In this document: piece by piece, positions 63,763 through 64,000 of the stretch
How positions within the stretch are numbered: position 1 is the first letter of the stretch
Layout of the letters: each line of letters starts with the position of its first letter
IMG/VR virus record: IMGVR_UViG_3300023202_000061
Length of the DNA stretch: 64,000 nt
Direction: 5' to 3' (one strand)
DNA from: a virus
Taxonomy: Duplodnaviria > Heunggongvirae > Uroviricota > Caudoviricetes
Made by a program: the position numbers and the translations under genes
Notes under the pieces: generated by a model
Told to the model about the DNA's origin: nothing
The model's input: only the letters and a program-made list of their open reading frames with translations
The model's database searches: none

Positions 63763-64000
63763 TGCTTGAAGCTATCATCGCATTTGTGTTTCTTGGTCTT
63801 GCCAATGGCATGATCTCATTCACAATATCCAAGGGAATTATCTTCCGAAGCTTTCGTGACTTTTTCTTCTTCAGATCGCAGAAGAGCAAGTTCATGGGCT
63901 GGATGTATGACTTAGTGACATGTCCTTATTGTACATCTCACTGGGTCGCGTTTGCGATGATCGGCATCTGGCAACCAACATTCACAAATTGTGGTGTGAA
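63762..64000 (+). CDS. hypothetical membrane protein (3' truncated by window end)
   Basis: ATG at 63762, open to the end of the window, hydrophobic. Confidence 0.35.
   Translation, partial: MLEAIIAFVFLGLANGMISFTISKGIIFRSFRDFFFFRSQKSKFMGWMYDLVTCPYCTSHWVAFAMIGIWQPTFTNCGV

Noticed and set aside
1-64000. Genome-wide stop-codon (TAG) reassignment suggested by the CUA suppressor tRNA
   Set aside because: Within this window genes terminate normally (mostly TAA or TGA, occasional TAG such as 1519-1521 and 3426-3428) and start right after stops with ATGA overlaps. I found no same-frame ORF pairs split by a lone TAG. This is not supported here, though it cannot be excluded for the rest of the genome.

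Overview
Interpretation from reading the sequence and ORF track only; no searches were run. This 64 kb window looks like part of a large (jumbo or huge) tailed-phage genome: about 42% GC, densely packed, and almost all genes on the + strand. It carries a very large translation and RNA toolkit. I can model about 45 tRNA genes, in arrays at 19.4-22.8 kb, 23.5-26.1 kb and 28.8-31.4 kb plus scattered loci. One tRNA has the amber-suppressor anticodon CUA. A tmRNA gene (ssrA) encodes the tag ANDNAFAPAALAA. There is a bacterial-type EF-Tu, a PTH2 peptidyl-tRNA hydrolase, and an RtcB RNA ligase split by a LAGLIDADG intein, sitting next to a 2H phosphoesterase, an APRT and a nucleoside hydrolase. Other recognisable genes are an NAD+ salvage pair (NAMPT and a bifunctional NMNAT-Nudix) with a NADAR gene, a PIN-PhoH ATPase, an M50 metalloprotease, NDK, a vWA protein, three classic AAA+ ATPases, an NfeD plus flotillin (SPFH) pair, a lytic transglycosylase and a metallophosphoesterase. 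There are at least five HNH endonuclease genes, two of them degraded. The most unusual signal is in the tRNA arrays. An 8-copy family of cassettes is bounded by two conserved motifs: A (GTAACGCGC...GAGATC.TTCATC, immediately 3' of a tRNA) and B (GGTCT...TTTTCGTTAC, immediately 5' of a tRNA). Several cassettes enclose tRNA 3' portions followed by tRNA 5' portions whose acceptor strands are mutually complementary, i.e. apparently circularly permuted or split tRNA-like genes. tRNA and motif coordinates were hand-folded and are approximate (about +/-3 nt).
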